Shown here: piece by piece, positions 17,760 to 28,000 of the stretch
How positions within the stretch are numbered: the stretch's first letter is position 1
Layout: every line of letters starts with the position of its first letter
DNA from: a virus
Lineage: Duplodnaviria > Caudoviricetes
Virus record (IMG/VR): IMGVR_UViG_3300044633_001982
Reading direction: 5' to 3' (one strand)
Length of the DNA: 64,000 nucleotides
The notes under the pieces: generated by a model
The model's input: only the letters and a program-made list of their open reading frames with translations
Told to the model about the DNA's origin: nothing
The model's database searches: none
Position numbers and translations under genes: made by a program

Positions 17760-20129
17760 ATGAGTTGCTACATAACAATCCCAAATATAAGCGGTACCCC
17801 ACCCTATCAGATAACTGTTTGCGATAATAACAATAATAATTGTTTTCTTGCGGCATATGAGTTATCATATGTACCTCCAACAATATATGTTGATGTCCCA
17901 TCCGATTGGTCAGGTTTACCATTTGTGATTGTTTCAGTACAAAGTTCAGAAGGTTGTGAAGAAATTCAATTTGTACCTACCACACCTACACCAACACCTA
18001 CCCCAACTGCCACTTCTGTAGGGCCGACACCGACACCAACAATTACACCAAGTATTACTCCATCTATAACACCTACTAAATCAGTACCTGTACCTCCATA
18101 TTTCCAAGTTCAAAATATTAATGGAGCGAACCCTCAGTCAATAACTTTAAACGCTAAATTAAATAGTAAATTTACGGTAGATTTTGGAGATGGGACAGCT
18201 CCGTTAAATTATTCAATTACTAACCCTTCTTACACTGGCGCTACAAATTTAGTCGCATTAAGTAAAAGTTATGTACCTTCAGATTATATTACAACAATAT
18301 ATGATTTAAGATATGGTTCACCTACTTTTCCAAATTCCGCTGACGGTTTAAGGGATATATATGTTGATAAAATATCTAAAATTTTTGTGAATGATTATAC
18401 CTTTACTGCATTTACTAGTTTAGACGGAATATATATCACTAATTCTACTGTCGATACTTTTAAATTTGCATTGACAAACGCCTTTGATGTTTTTACTTAT
18501 CAATACAACTCGGCAACTACTTTTGATTTTGAAATATTAAATCCAACATCTATTACTCAGTTACAGAATGTTTATTATCGTTATAATAATTTTACTTCGG
18601 CGACTATTAATTATTCGGGATATACTACAACTTCACGACCCGCATCACTTGTTATCACAAATAACTCGAGTTTGACAAATCTTAACTTTGCCCCACCTCA
18701 AAGCGGAGGTGTTATTTACATATATGATAATGGACAATTAAGTGATATTAATTTTATAAAACCATTAAGTTCAAGCACTACGGTTTCAAGGATTGACTTA
18801 CATGCAAATCGTTTTACAGGGTGGACAACAAATTTCCCAACACAAGTTTCCAGAATTGATATGGAACAACAACAGGGAGGGTTTAGTTTAGGTGTAAACT
18901 CATTTAGATATTTCTCACCTGATTTGTCAAATAATACAGGTTTGACACAATTAAATTTATATACCAATAGTTTAACAAGTATTACTGAAACTATATCAGG
19001 TTGCACATCATTGACCAATTTAAGAGTTGATAGAAACCAATTAAATACACTACCACCTATACTTCCGAATTCTATCACTGACCTAACCGCTCATAGTAAT
19101 TATTTTACAGGGTATACTTCTAATTTCCCAACGTCCATGAATTACTTTAATATTAATAAAGGGACTGGGAACCCTTCATTACCTACTTGGAATGTTGAAA
19201 TTACGGGAGCGACAAATTTACAAACATTTTTGGCTAACTCTGTTGGACTAACTGCGTGGACTAAAAATTTCCCAACGTCAATAGTTACTATAGATTTTAG
19301 TGAAAATAGTCTCACCTCATTCCTTAATTCAATTTCAGGAAACACAAGTTTAGTTACACTATCTCTTAATAATAATAATTTAACTTCAATCCCCCCAATT
19401 TTTCCTAACTCCATTCAAACATTAGAATTACAAAATAATGATTTAACGGGTTATACTAGTAATATTCCAACATCTTTAGTGACCTTCTCAATCGAAAATC
19501 AATTTGTGATTGGTAACTATATACCTGAATGGTCTCAAGAATTGACAGGTTCTACAAATTTGAATTCTTTTGATATAAGTAGAGTTGGATTAACTGGATG
19601 GACTAAGACCTTCCCGTCTTCAATACGAACAATCGATTTTAATAATAATAATCTTACTAATATTAATTTTGGATTAATGACAGGGGCGACTAATATTAAT
19701 TTAGGTGTTAATTTGACTTTAAGTGCTGCGACTAATTTAAGTGCGGTTACAAATTTAGTAACTCTGTCTTTGAACTCAACTGGTTTTAAAGATTCGTCAG
19801 ATTTTATACAAGGAAATTTTCCTAAAACTCTGAAAAATTTTAATATCACTCTTTCTACTAATTTATCAGGATGGACTAATTCTTTTTCGGCTCTGACAGG
19901 GTTTACTTACGGATATTTCTATAGGACAGATTTAAAAACGGCTGCGGTAGATTTCTTACTTGAGGATTTTTATAAATTGGCGACCGCTAATACATTAACA
20001 AATAAAACTTTATTATTTACTGGAACGTCAATCCCACAACCTGAATCCCCGACAGGTGGTTTATCTAACCCATATTATTTGGCCCTAAAAAATTCCCCAT
20101 ACAATTGGACTGTAACTGTAAAACCATAA
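17760..20129 (+). CDS. Decoration/fibre protein: docking domain + PT stalk + PKD-like + leucine-rich repeats
   Basis: LxxLxLxxNxL repeats (LTQLNLYTNSL, LVTLSLNNNNL); VDFGDG; internal 113-aa duplication. Confidence 0.75.
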   Translation: MSCYITIPNISGTPPYQITVCDNNNNNCFLAAYELSYVPPTIYVDVPSDWSGLPFVIVSVQSSEGCEEIQFVPTTPTPTPTPTATSVGPTPTPTITPSITPSITPTKSVPVPPYFQVQNINGANPQSITLNAKLNSKFTVDFGDGTAPLNYSITNPSYTGATNLVALSKSYVPSDYITTIYDLRYGSPTFPNSADGLRDIYVDKISKIFVNDYTFTAFTSLDGIYITNSTVDTFKFALTNAFDVFTYQYNSATTFDFEILNPTSITQLQNVYYRYNNFTSATINYSGYTTTSRPASLVITNNSSLTNLNFAPPQSGGVIYIYDNGQLSDINFIKPLSSSTTVSRIDLHANRFTGWTTNFPTQVSRIDMEQQQGGFSLGVNSFRYFSPDLSNNTGLTQLNLYTNSLTSITETISGCTSLTNLRVDRNQLNTLPPILPNSITDLTAHSNYFTGYTSNFPTSMNYFNINKGTGNPSLPTWNVEITGATNLQTFLANSVGLTAWTKNFPTSIVTIDFSENSLTSFLNSISGNTSLVTLSLNNNNLTSIPPIFPNSIQTLELQNNDLTGYTSNIPTSLVTFSIENQFVIGNYIPEWSQELTGSTNLNSFDISRVGLTGWTKTFPSSIRTIDFNNNNLTNINFGLMTGATNINLGVNLTLSAATNLSAVTNLVTLSLNSTGFKDSSDFIQGNFPKTLKNFNITLSTNLSGWTNSFSALTGFTYGYFYRTDLKTAAVDFLLEDFYKLATANTLTNKTLLFTGTSIPQPESPTGGLSNPYYLALKNSPYNWTVTVKP

Positions 20130-20161
20130 TGGATTTATTTTTCATAAAACTTATTTAGTAT

Positions 20162-20168
20162 TATTTAT
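20162..20168 (+). promoter_or_regulatory. Putative late promoter motif TATTTAT
   Basis: 13 nt before the ATG at 20182. Confidence 0.4.
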
Positions 20169-20181
20169 TATATAGAAAATT

Positions 20182-22155
20182 ATGTTTGTACCACCATATA
20201 ATTATTTAGTTGTTAGTTGTTGTGACGGAGCTCAATATATCATCAACATGCCAAGTGGAGGACAGGTTGGTGAGATGTGGTATATTAATACTGTTGAAGG
20301 ACCAAGTTTTTGTTTTGTAATTGAAAATTTAATAGGTCCATCATCTTCAGGTTATGATTATGGTGCGGATACTGCGGAAATAGTTTTAAATGGACTTAAT
20401 AATTGTTCCGAAGCTCCTGGATTTTGTTGTGCAACATCCCCAACCCCAACACCTACGGTTACAAGAACTCCTACTTTAACCCCTACCAAAACAAAAACTC
20501 CAACACCAACAAAAACAAAAACTCCAACACCAACAAGAACGGCTACCCCAACTAAAAGTATGGGATTTACACCGACCCCAACTGTTACAAGAACTCCAAC
20601 TGTCACACCTACAATGTCGGTCACTCCGACAATAACACCAACTGTTTCAGTATCTAGAACTCCATATCCTGAAATAACCGCAAGTTTACGTATTACAGGT
20701 AGAAATGAATGTGATATTATTACCATTTATCCAATGGAGGTACAATGTCAGACAGTTCAAGAACCAAGTACCTCAACATCAAGTGACGGTATATTATCTT
20801 TATTTATAACAGGAGGTACACCACCATATACAATACAGTGGTCTAATGGTCAAACTTCACAAACTTTAAATAATGTTAGTTATGGATTTTATACTGCGGT
20901 GGTTACAGATTATTACGGAGATTTCTCATCCACAACTACTTGTGGATTTTATGCTCCGACACCTACACCGACCACTACTCCTACCACTACGCCAACTATG
21001 ACTCCATCAAGAAGTGTGGGAAGTAATCCTGTAATTCCAAATCTATGTATGTCATTTACATACTGTGAACAGTCATATTTGATTACATTTATTAATAATG
21101 GAACATACAATTCTCATTACTCTTGGATTTCTGAAGATGGACAATATTTCATATTACATAATGGTAGTTATTGGGAATTCATTGGATTAGTAATGTGTGG
21201 TAGCCAAACTCCTCAATTAAGGACAACAACAACGTCATCGATACCTAATAATGGTTGGACATTCTTAGGTGCTGGAAATACAGTAAATGGACCAGTTATA
21301 GTAACTGAGGGTACTTGTTCGTCTCAACCATTGGCATTGACATATACGGCTAACGGTGCGTGTACTAACAATGGAAGTATTTTATCAACTGCGAACGGAG
21401 GTTCTTCACCGTATACATATTCAATTGATAACATTACTTATCAAAATTCTCCATTATTTAATAATTTGGTATCAGGAAATTACACGTTGTATGTTATGGA
21501 TAATAACAGTAATACATCTAATGTTGGTGTAACAGTACCACAAATTGCAAATCAAAATTATGTTATAAGTGTTAATTTTGTTGGTAACCCAACAGGGAAC
21601 TACACAACTACAAATTGGACATCTAATCCATCTTCGATATATACTACAACTATTACAAATGGTAGATTAGCACAAATTACAATCACTCCATCATTACCTA
21701 GCGGTGTTATTGTTGAATTTGATTTAAGTTTTACAAGTCAAATAACCCAATCACCTCAATATAATTCTTCAGACTATTATAATTGGGGAACAAGTAATTC
21801 AGTTGAAAAAAATTCAATATTACAGACACCTGTGGTACAACCTCAGAGTATTACTAATTTCCCATTAGCGGGATGTAAAGGAGCCCTATCAGGTAAAACA
21901 ATTGTATTAGATGTTGATATGTATAATGGTCTACAAATGATTAGTACCGATACATACGATTTATCATTCAATCATTCAATACTAATAGGTAATAAACCAA
22001 ATGGTGTATTTCCTTGTAATAAAAAGTATGAATACTTATTGAAATACCAATTAAGAAACATAAAACTTTATAACGCACCTTGTTCAACAGTATCGATAGG
22101 TAATGACATAGTTCAAGTTTCAGTTAATTTAGGTCAACAATTTTTTGGAGGGTAA
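20182..22155 (+). CDS. Decoration/fibre protein with Cys-rich module, PT stalks and SprB repeats
   Basis: TGGTPPYTIQWSNGQTSQTLNNVSYGFYTAVVTD is a classic SprB repeat; long TPTP tracts. Confidence 0.7.
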   Translation: MFVPPYNYLVVSCCDGAQYIINMPSGGQVGEMWYINTVEGPSFCFVIENLIGPSSSGYDYGADTAEIVLNGLNNCSEAPGFCCATSPTPTPTVTRTPTLTPTKTKTPTPTKTKTPTPTRTATPTKSMGFTPTPTVTRTPTVTPTMSVTPTITPTVSVSRTPYPEITASLRITGRNECDIITIYPMEVQCQTVQEPSTSTSSDGILSLFITGGTPPYTIQWSNGQTSQTLNNVSYGFYTAVVTDYYGDFSSTTTCGFYAPTPTPTTTPTTTPTMTPSRSVGSNPVIPNLCMSFTYCEQSYLITFINNGTYNSHYSWISEDGQYFILHNGSYWEFIGLVMCGSQTPQLRTTTTSSIPNNGWTFLGAGNTVNGPVIVTEGTCSSQPLALTYTANGACTNNGSILSTANGGSSPYTYSIDNITYQNSPLFNNLVSGNYTLYVMDNNSNTSNVGVTVPQIANQNYVISVNFVGNPTGNYTTTNWTSNPSSIYTTTITNGRLAQITITPSLPSGVIVEFDLSFTSQITQSPQYNSSDYYNWGTSNSVEKNSILQTPVVQPQSITNFPLAGCKGALSGKTIVLDVDMYNGLQMISTDTYDLSFNHSILIGNKPNGVFPCNKKYEYLLKYQLRNIKLYNAPCSTVSIGNDIVQVSVNLGQQFFGG

Positions 22156-22184
22156 TAAAATTTAGATTTTGATAATTATTATAT

Positions 22185-24368
22185 ATGGGTTATATTTTAC
22201 AAAATACATCAGGTTTAATTTCAACTAGAATTACAGATGTTGGGAGAAGAAAGATATCGCAAGGTAGTTTAAATATACAGTATTTCCAAGTAGGGGATAG
22301 TGAGGTATCTTATACCGGTGTTACAAATTCAGTGTCAACCACTTCAAAAATTTTGATGCCACCATATAATGCTCAAAATAATACAGGGTTCCCTCAATCT
22401 ACTAAAAATTATATTAAATACCCATATTACATGCAAGGTACCTCAGGTAACACATATGGTATACCTTACATGGAATCTGAATATGTATCAATATATAATA
22501 CTGCGGAACCTAGAGGGTTTTTTTCTGGAGACTCAACATGTTGGTATGTACAACCTTGTTCAGCGTATACTATTAATAGCGAGTTTGATACTGATACAAC
22601 ACTACTTGACGGTGGTATATTAGTAGAAGCTTCCTCAAATCCATTGGCGTGTGATACTACTGCAAATGGAACTATTGAGATTGGTGATTTAATAACAATT
22701 TTTTATAATCAAACGGACCTTTGTTCATGTTATCAATCTTGTTACCCTACTCTAACATATCGAGTTACTTATTATGATTCAGGTAGCAATTTAATTGGTT
22801 TAGATAGACCTTGTGTTAATTTTACAAATATTACAACTACTGCAAATTCTAGATTAATGGTATACCCTTCAGGTATGACTGAGTTATATGATACAATAAC
22901 TCCGGCTGGACATTGGAATGATGATGTTGTTAATTATGAATCACTATGTTATACTGACCAAATTTCTTCACTTATATGGAATATGAATATAATATGGTCT
23001 GAAAGTATTGCGGGATTAAATAATGCAATATACCAAGATTATAATTATTATAATTCAAAAGACTATATTGGGACTAAAGAATATTTAGGTTACATGTCTT
23101 CTTTAGGACAATCAGCAACTACTGATGTTTATTATTATAATTCGTATAATGAAAAAATAATAGTGACACCTGAAGAACAAAAATCTATCGCGGTAATACA
23201 TTTCACTAATCAATCTATTAATAATTTTTACGGTGAAAAATTTGCGGTTGAGGAATACGACGTGAATAATCCAGGTGAAACGGGACAAGCTAGAAATTTT
23301 AAATTACATATACCTACAGTAATGTGGCATAAGGGTACTAATTGTTGTTCAGGTGAAACGTTTTATATTGACCCACCTGTAAATGGTGGAGGATTTATGG
23401 AACAAGGATTACTATTATCGTCAAAAAATTCAGATATGAATAACCCTGGTATTAGATATTATACTTTATGGGATAATCATTCAACATCTACAGGTTTACC
23501 TAGCAGAATTGGTAAAGTATTCCCTGATGACCAATTGGTTGTAATTGATGACCCTGAAATAATTGCGATACTATCATATAAATCGAATAGGAATTGGACG
23601 TTACCTGCTCCAAAATTAACATTAACTGCTCCTAATATATGTAATGGGGATATAAATAGTGACGGAGTATTAAGTGCGGAGACAGAAACATTATGGGTGT
23701 CATATGGATTCTATAATAATTCAACTTTCACTAGTTCATTACATTGTCAATATTACCAACAAATTATAGGACCAACAAGTGGATGTACTAATTATTCTAT
23801 GGATGTTTCATTAATTTTTGGTAATGAATTTGGATGTATGAACACTGACGGGATTGTTGGTTTCGTTGCCGAGGAATTTTATGTGATTGCTCAGAAAGTT
23901 ACTACTGGAGATAGACCGAATCCAAATTTATGGAAAGAAATTGATTTTACTGACCAATTAAGTGGATATACAGTTAACGGGTATATCACACCTCAAGGAC
24001 TAACGGCTAGTACATTTACAATTACATCTACTTTATATGATAACGCACCAACACATGACATGGGTAGTGTTCTTTACTTACCGACTGTTGGAAGTACAGG
24101 GGAATTAAATTTTGGAGATGAATATTATTTTTATGGAAATATTGAAACAGATATCCAAGCTACAATATACGAAATGAAATATAGGATTAATTTACCTTCG
24201 GGTATGTTTATGAATAGTAGTAATCCATCTTGGAATAATTCATTAACTCCATATTTTAATGAAATCGGTCTTTACGATTCTGAGAATGACCTTATTTTTA
24301 TATCAAAAATGCAAAGACCCACTCAAAGAAGTGGTATACAGCAGATAATGATTAAATACGATTTTTAA
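22185..24368 (+). CDS. Baseplate/tail-fibre attachment (collar-like) protein
   Basis: N-terminal ITDVGRRKISQG...FQVGDSE and C-terminal EIGLYDSENDLIFISK resemble tail-collar/fibre-attachment motifs. Confidence 0.5.
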   Translation: MGYILQNTSGLISTRITDVGRRKISQGSLNIQYFQVGDSEVSYTGVTNSVSTTSKILMPPYNAQNNTGFPQSTKNYIKYPYYMQGTSGNTYGIPYMESEYVSIYNTAEPRGFFSGDSTCWYVQPCSAYTINSEFDTDTTLLDGGILVEASSNPLACDTTANGTIEIGDLITIFYNQTDLCSCYQSCYPTLTYRVTYYDSGSNLIGLDRPCVNFTNITTTANSRLMVYPSGMTELYDTITPAGHWNDDVVNYESLCYTDQISSLIWNMNIIWSESIAGLNNAIYQDYNYYNSKDYIGTKEYLGYMSSLGQSATTDVYYYNSYNEKIIVTPEEQKSIAVIHFTNQSINNFYGEKFAVEEYDVNNPGETGQARNFKLHIPTVMWHKGTNCCSGETFYIDPPVNGGGFMEQGLLLSSKNSDMNNPGIRYYTLWDNHSTSTGLPSRIGKVFPDDQLVVIDDPEIIAILSYKSNRNWTLPAPKLTLTAPNICNGDINSDGVLSAETETLWVSYGFYNNSTFTSSLHCQYYQQIIGPTSGCTNYSMDVSLIFGNEFGCMNTDGIVGFVAEEFYVIAQKVTTGDRPNPNLWKEIDFTDQLSGYTVNGYITPQGLTASTFTITSTLYDNAPTHDMGSVLYLPTVGSTGELNFGDEYYFYGNIETDIQATIYEMKYRINLPSGMFMNSSNPSWNNSLTPYFNEIGLYDSENDLIFISKMQRPTQRSGIQQIMIKYDF

Positions 24369-24961
24369 TGTCAAAAAAAGAACTTAAAAACAATCCTAAA
24401 ATATTAGGATTAGATGTGTCTACCAAAACAATAGGTTGGGCACTTTTTGATTTACAAACTAAAGAGTTATTGGAATTAACTCATATTTCCCCACAACCAA
24501 AACCAAAATCTGAGGATAAAATAGAAGAGCTTTTAAAAAAATCTGATTTATTTAAAATAAAATTAGAACAATATAAAAACTTAGGTATTGTTAAAGTTGT
24601 TATTGAGGAACCATTACTTAATTCTAATAATGTTTACACAATTGGTACTTTATTACGATATAATACTTTAATTACTAAAGAGGTTTATGATGTGTTAGGT
24701 ATAGTACCTGAATACATATCTACATATAACTCTAGAAAAAACGCATTTCCTGAATTGGTTAAAGAAAATGATAAAGGTAAATTTGTTTTATTTGGTGGGT
24801 ATCCGAAAGACATCGATAAGAAACAAGTTATTTGGGAATTAGTTGCGAAACGTGAACCACAAATAACTTGGTTATATACTCGAAACAATACTTTAAAGAA
24901 AGAGAACTTTGATATGACAGATGCATATACTGTTGTTTTAAGTTATTTTAATTCAAAATAA
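24368..24961 (+). CDS. ruvC: RuvC-like Holliday junction resolvase
   Basis: ILGLDVST.TIGWA, VIEEP and DMTDAY give the RNase H-fold acidic catalytic set. Confidence 0.75.
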   Translation: MSKKELKNNPKILGLDVSTKTIGWALFDLQTKELLELTHISPQPKPKSEDKIEELLKKSDLFKIKLEQYKNLGIVKVVIEEPLLNSNNVYTIGTLLRYNTLITKEVYDVLGIVPEYISTYNSRKNAFPELVKENDKGKFVLFGGYPKDIDKKQVIWELVAKREPQITWLYTRNNTLKKENFDMTDAYTVVLSYFNSK

Positions 24962-24980
24962 AAAAACATTAATAAATTTT

Positions 24981-25006
24981 AAAGGGTCCAATAGGACCCT
25001 TTTTTT
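24981..25006. terminator. Rho-independent terminator between convergent genes
   Basis: AAAGGGTCC-AATA-GGACCCTTT hairpin followed by a T-run; lies between the stops at 24961 (+) and 25036 (-). Confidence 0.85.
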
Positions 25007-25035
25007 ATTTAATGTGTTGTGTAAACTACGATTTA

Positions 25036-28000
25036 TTATGTCGATGGAGGACAGTTTGGTGTGTCAGATATATTCGATGCTACCCCAAAATAGTTACCTG
25101 TGTGTACAATATCTGCAGGATAGTTAGGGCTCCAACCTGGAATTACATTTATAAATGTTACTTTCTTACCTTGTGAAGGCGAAGTTGGTTGAGATGTGAA
25201 TCCTTGACCTAATGATACATTTGGAACTGGTTGTGTTTGTATTACTATAATTGGACTTAGTGGATAACTTCTACAAACTCTATAAATATACGTGTAAGCT
25301 TGTAATGATGGAGTTGGTGTTAATGTTGAGGATGGAGTTGGTGTTGGAGTATACGTTGGAGTCGGTGAAGGACTAATACCTGGTGTACAGAATACACAAT
25401 TTAATAAATCAACAGATGCCACTGAAGTTAGTGAATGTGTTGGTGCGGTACTAACAACATCAACATAGGTTACACAGTAACTAATATTATTAATATAAAC
25501 TGATACTACTGCTCCAATTGGGACTTCACCTAAACTACCTGTAACATAAAATATTTGGTCAGAATTACAATCTACTAATTTTTTAGAGATTGGACATAAC
25601 AAAAATTGTTCAAACGAGTTATAAGTAACAGTACCGGCAATTGGTACGTCAAACGGTAGTGGTGTCGGTGTTGGTGTTTTTGTTGGAGTTGGTGAGGTAG
25701 ATATAGTTATTGTTGTTGCGGAAACGTCAACTGATTTACCTGAACAATATTGTGTGGGTGTTGGAGTAGACGTAGGTGTTGAAGTTACCGTAGGTGTTAA
25801 TGTGGGTGTTGGAGTCAATCCTGGGTAAGACCCACTACCATCAACGGAACACTCAAACTGTGCTTCAAACCAAAAATCAGAACATGTAATATCGGATGGT
25901 GTTGGTGTTGGTGTTACAAGACCTATATATAATATGTCATCACATAAGTCAGGACATTTATTAAAACAAGGACTCTTACCTTCTAATACACATGGACCAT
26001 CTAAAGTTTGTGATAAACACCATCTTGTAGTCCCTGTATTATAATAAATTACATTTAGACTTGATGAGTTCCAATAATAAGATTGTCCATTCCATTCACT
26101 TATTAAATTATAAACTCCATCATATTGTGAATACGATGGGTCGTTAGTGTATACAGTATAAACTTGTAATGGACATGTGGTATATGTTGTTGGAGTAATT
26201 GTAGGTGTGATTGAAGGGGTTACAGTTTTTGTTGGTGTTGGTGTTGGTGTATTAAAAGATACACTTGTTCTTGTAACTGTTGGTGTTGGGTTATTTGTTG
26301 GTGTAATTGAAGGTGTGACAGTGTTTGTTGGTGTTAAAGTTAAAGTTGCGGTTGGTGTCTTTGTTGGGGTAGATGTTTTAGCCGGTGTCTTTGTTGGGGT
26401 GTTTGATGGGGTAATTGTTGGAGTTACTGCAACTGCGGTTGTTGTAAATACTTTTGAAGGAGATGCGGTACCTCCTCCTGTACAAGTAATTAATGTGTAT
26501 AAATATAATGGACCTGTCAAATATCCTGACGCGGCTATTGTCACTGACGGACCACACCCAAAGGTACTTGATGAATATGTTATATCATCAAAAGAATAAT
26601 ATAAAGTAACAATGTTACAATTACCTGTAGTAGTCTCCCAAGTTACATAAAATTGGTCACCACCTAAATAAACTGCTGATAATATGTTTGGTGAAGTACA
26701 AACTTGTGATTTAGTTGGGGTAATGGTTCTTGTTGGTGTTGATGTTGGTTTTATTGATTTCGAGGTTGTACTTGGTGTTGGTGTTGGAGTCTTTGTTTTT
26801 GTTGGTGTTGGAGTCTTTGTTTTTGTTGGTGTATTTGTTGGGGTTGGTGTAGATGTTGCTTGAGCTAAATTTGATGTATGTGTTGGTGTTGGAGTTTTTG
26901 TTTTAGTTGGTGTAATCGTTGGTGTTGGGGATGCGGGTATTGGTGCGGGGGCAGGTGATGGATTACCTTGAACATTACTTAATGATACTGTATTACAAAT
27001 AATTAATGATGCAGCTCCTTGATTGTATACGCTAGTGCCTCCTGCAGGGGTTAATACCCAAGACCCTGAATTATATGTTAATTGTAATACTTGGCCTAAA
27101 CTATTGCCTCGATAAAGATAAATATTACCCGCCTTAATACCGATTCCATAAATGTCGTTATACCCTAAACTACCAACATTTATTTCAACTTCAATAGTCC
27201 CTGAGTTGTCTGAACTATATTGACGAACTAAATACGCTACAGGTCCTCCCCCTGTTTGATATTCTGTTGTAATATATTTACCATTTGTCAATTTTAAAAT
27301 ATCTCCATTTAAGTAGGATATTCCTGTACCGTCACCTAATGGAAATAATTCAGTTATTGTTGCGGGATTTGGTAATAAATTAACTTGATATAAAATACCA
27401 TTTGATTCTGTTATTATTAAATTATCATTTAATGAATCTAACCCTGCGCCTAAATAAAAAGGGTTACCATTATATGTTAATGTTCTCGAATCGACAAATT
27501 GTAATGTTTGTTTATTATATCTTGAGATGACATGGTTAAGGTAACTGAAAAAATAATTATCAGATACTGCCAAATCAGGACCTTGATTTGTACCACCAAC
27601 CAATTGACCAACTAATGTTGTTGTATTTGTGATTGGATTGTTAATGTAAATGTTTTTTCCTGCATTAACATAAATTGGACAAGAGTCAGTTCCTGATGTA
27701 GGAGTAGGAGTTGGAGTTTTAGTCGGAGTCTTAGTCGGAGTCTTAGTCGGAGTCTTAGTCGGAGTCTTAGTCGGAGTCTTAGTTACTGTAGGTGTAGGTG
27801 TTGGTGTAACACATGTAATACCTTCAGATGACAAACAGGTTGCACAATCATTCGCTCCGTATTTTGTTATTGTAGTTGAAGCGACTGTTGGAGGACCATA
27901 AAGAGGTAACGTTCCATTGAATACTGTTGAGAATGAAATAAGAACAAAACAACTTGTAATTTCAGTTCCTAATGACAAATTTTTAATTGACATATGAACT

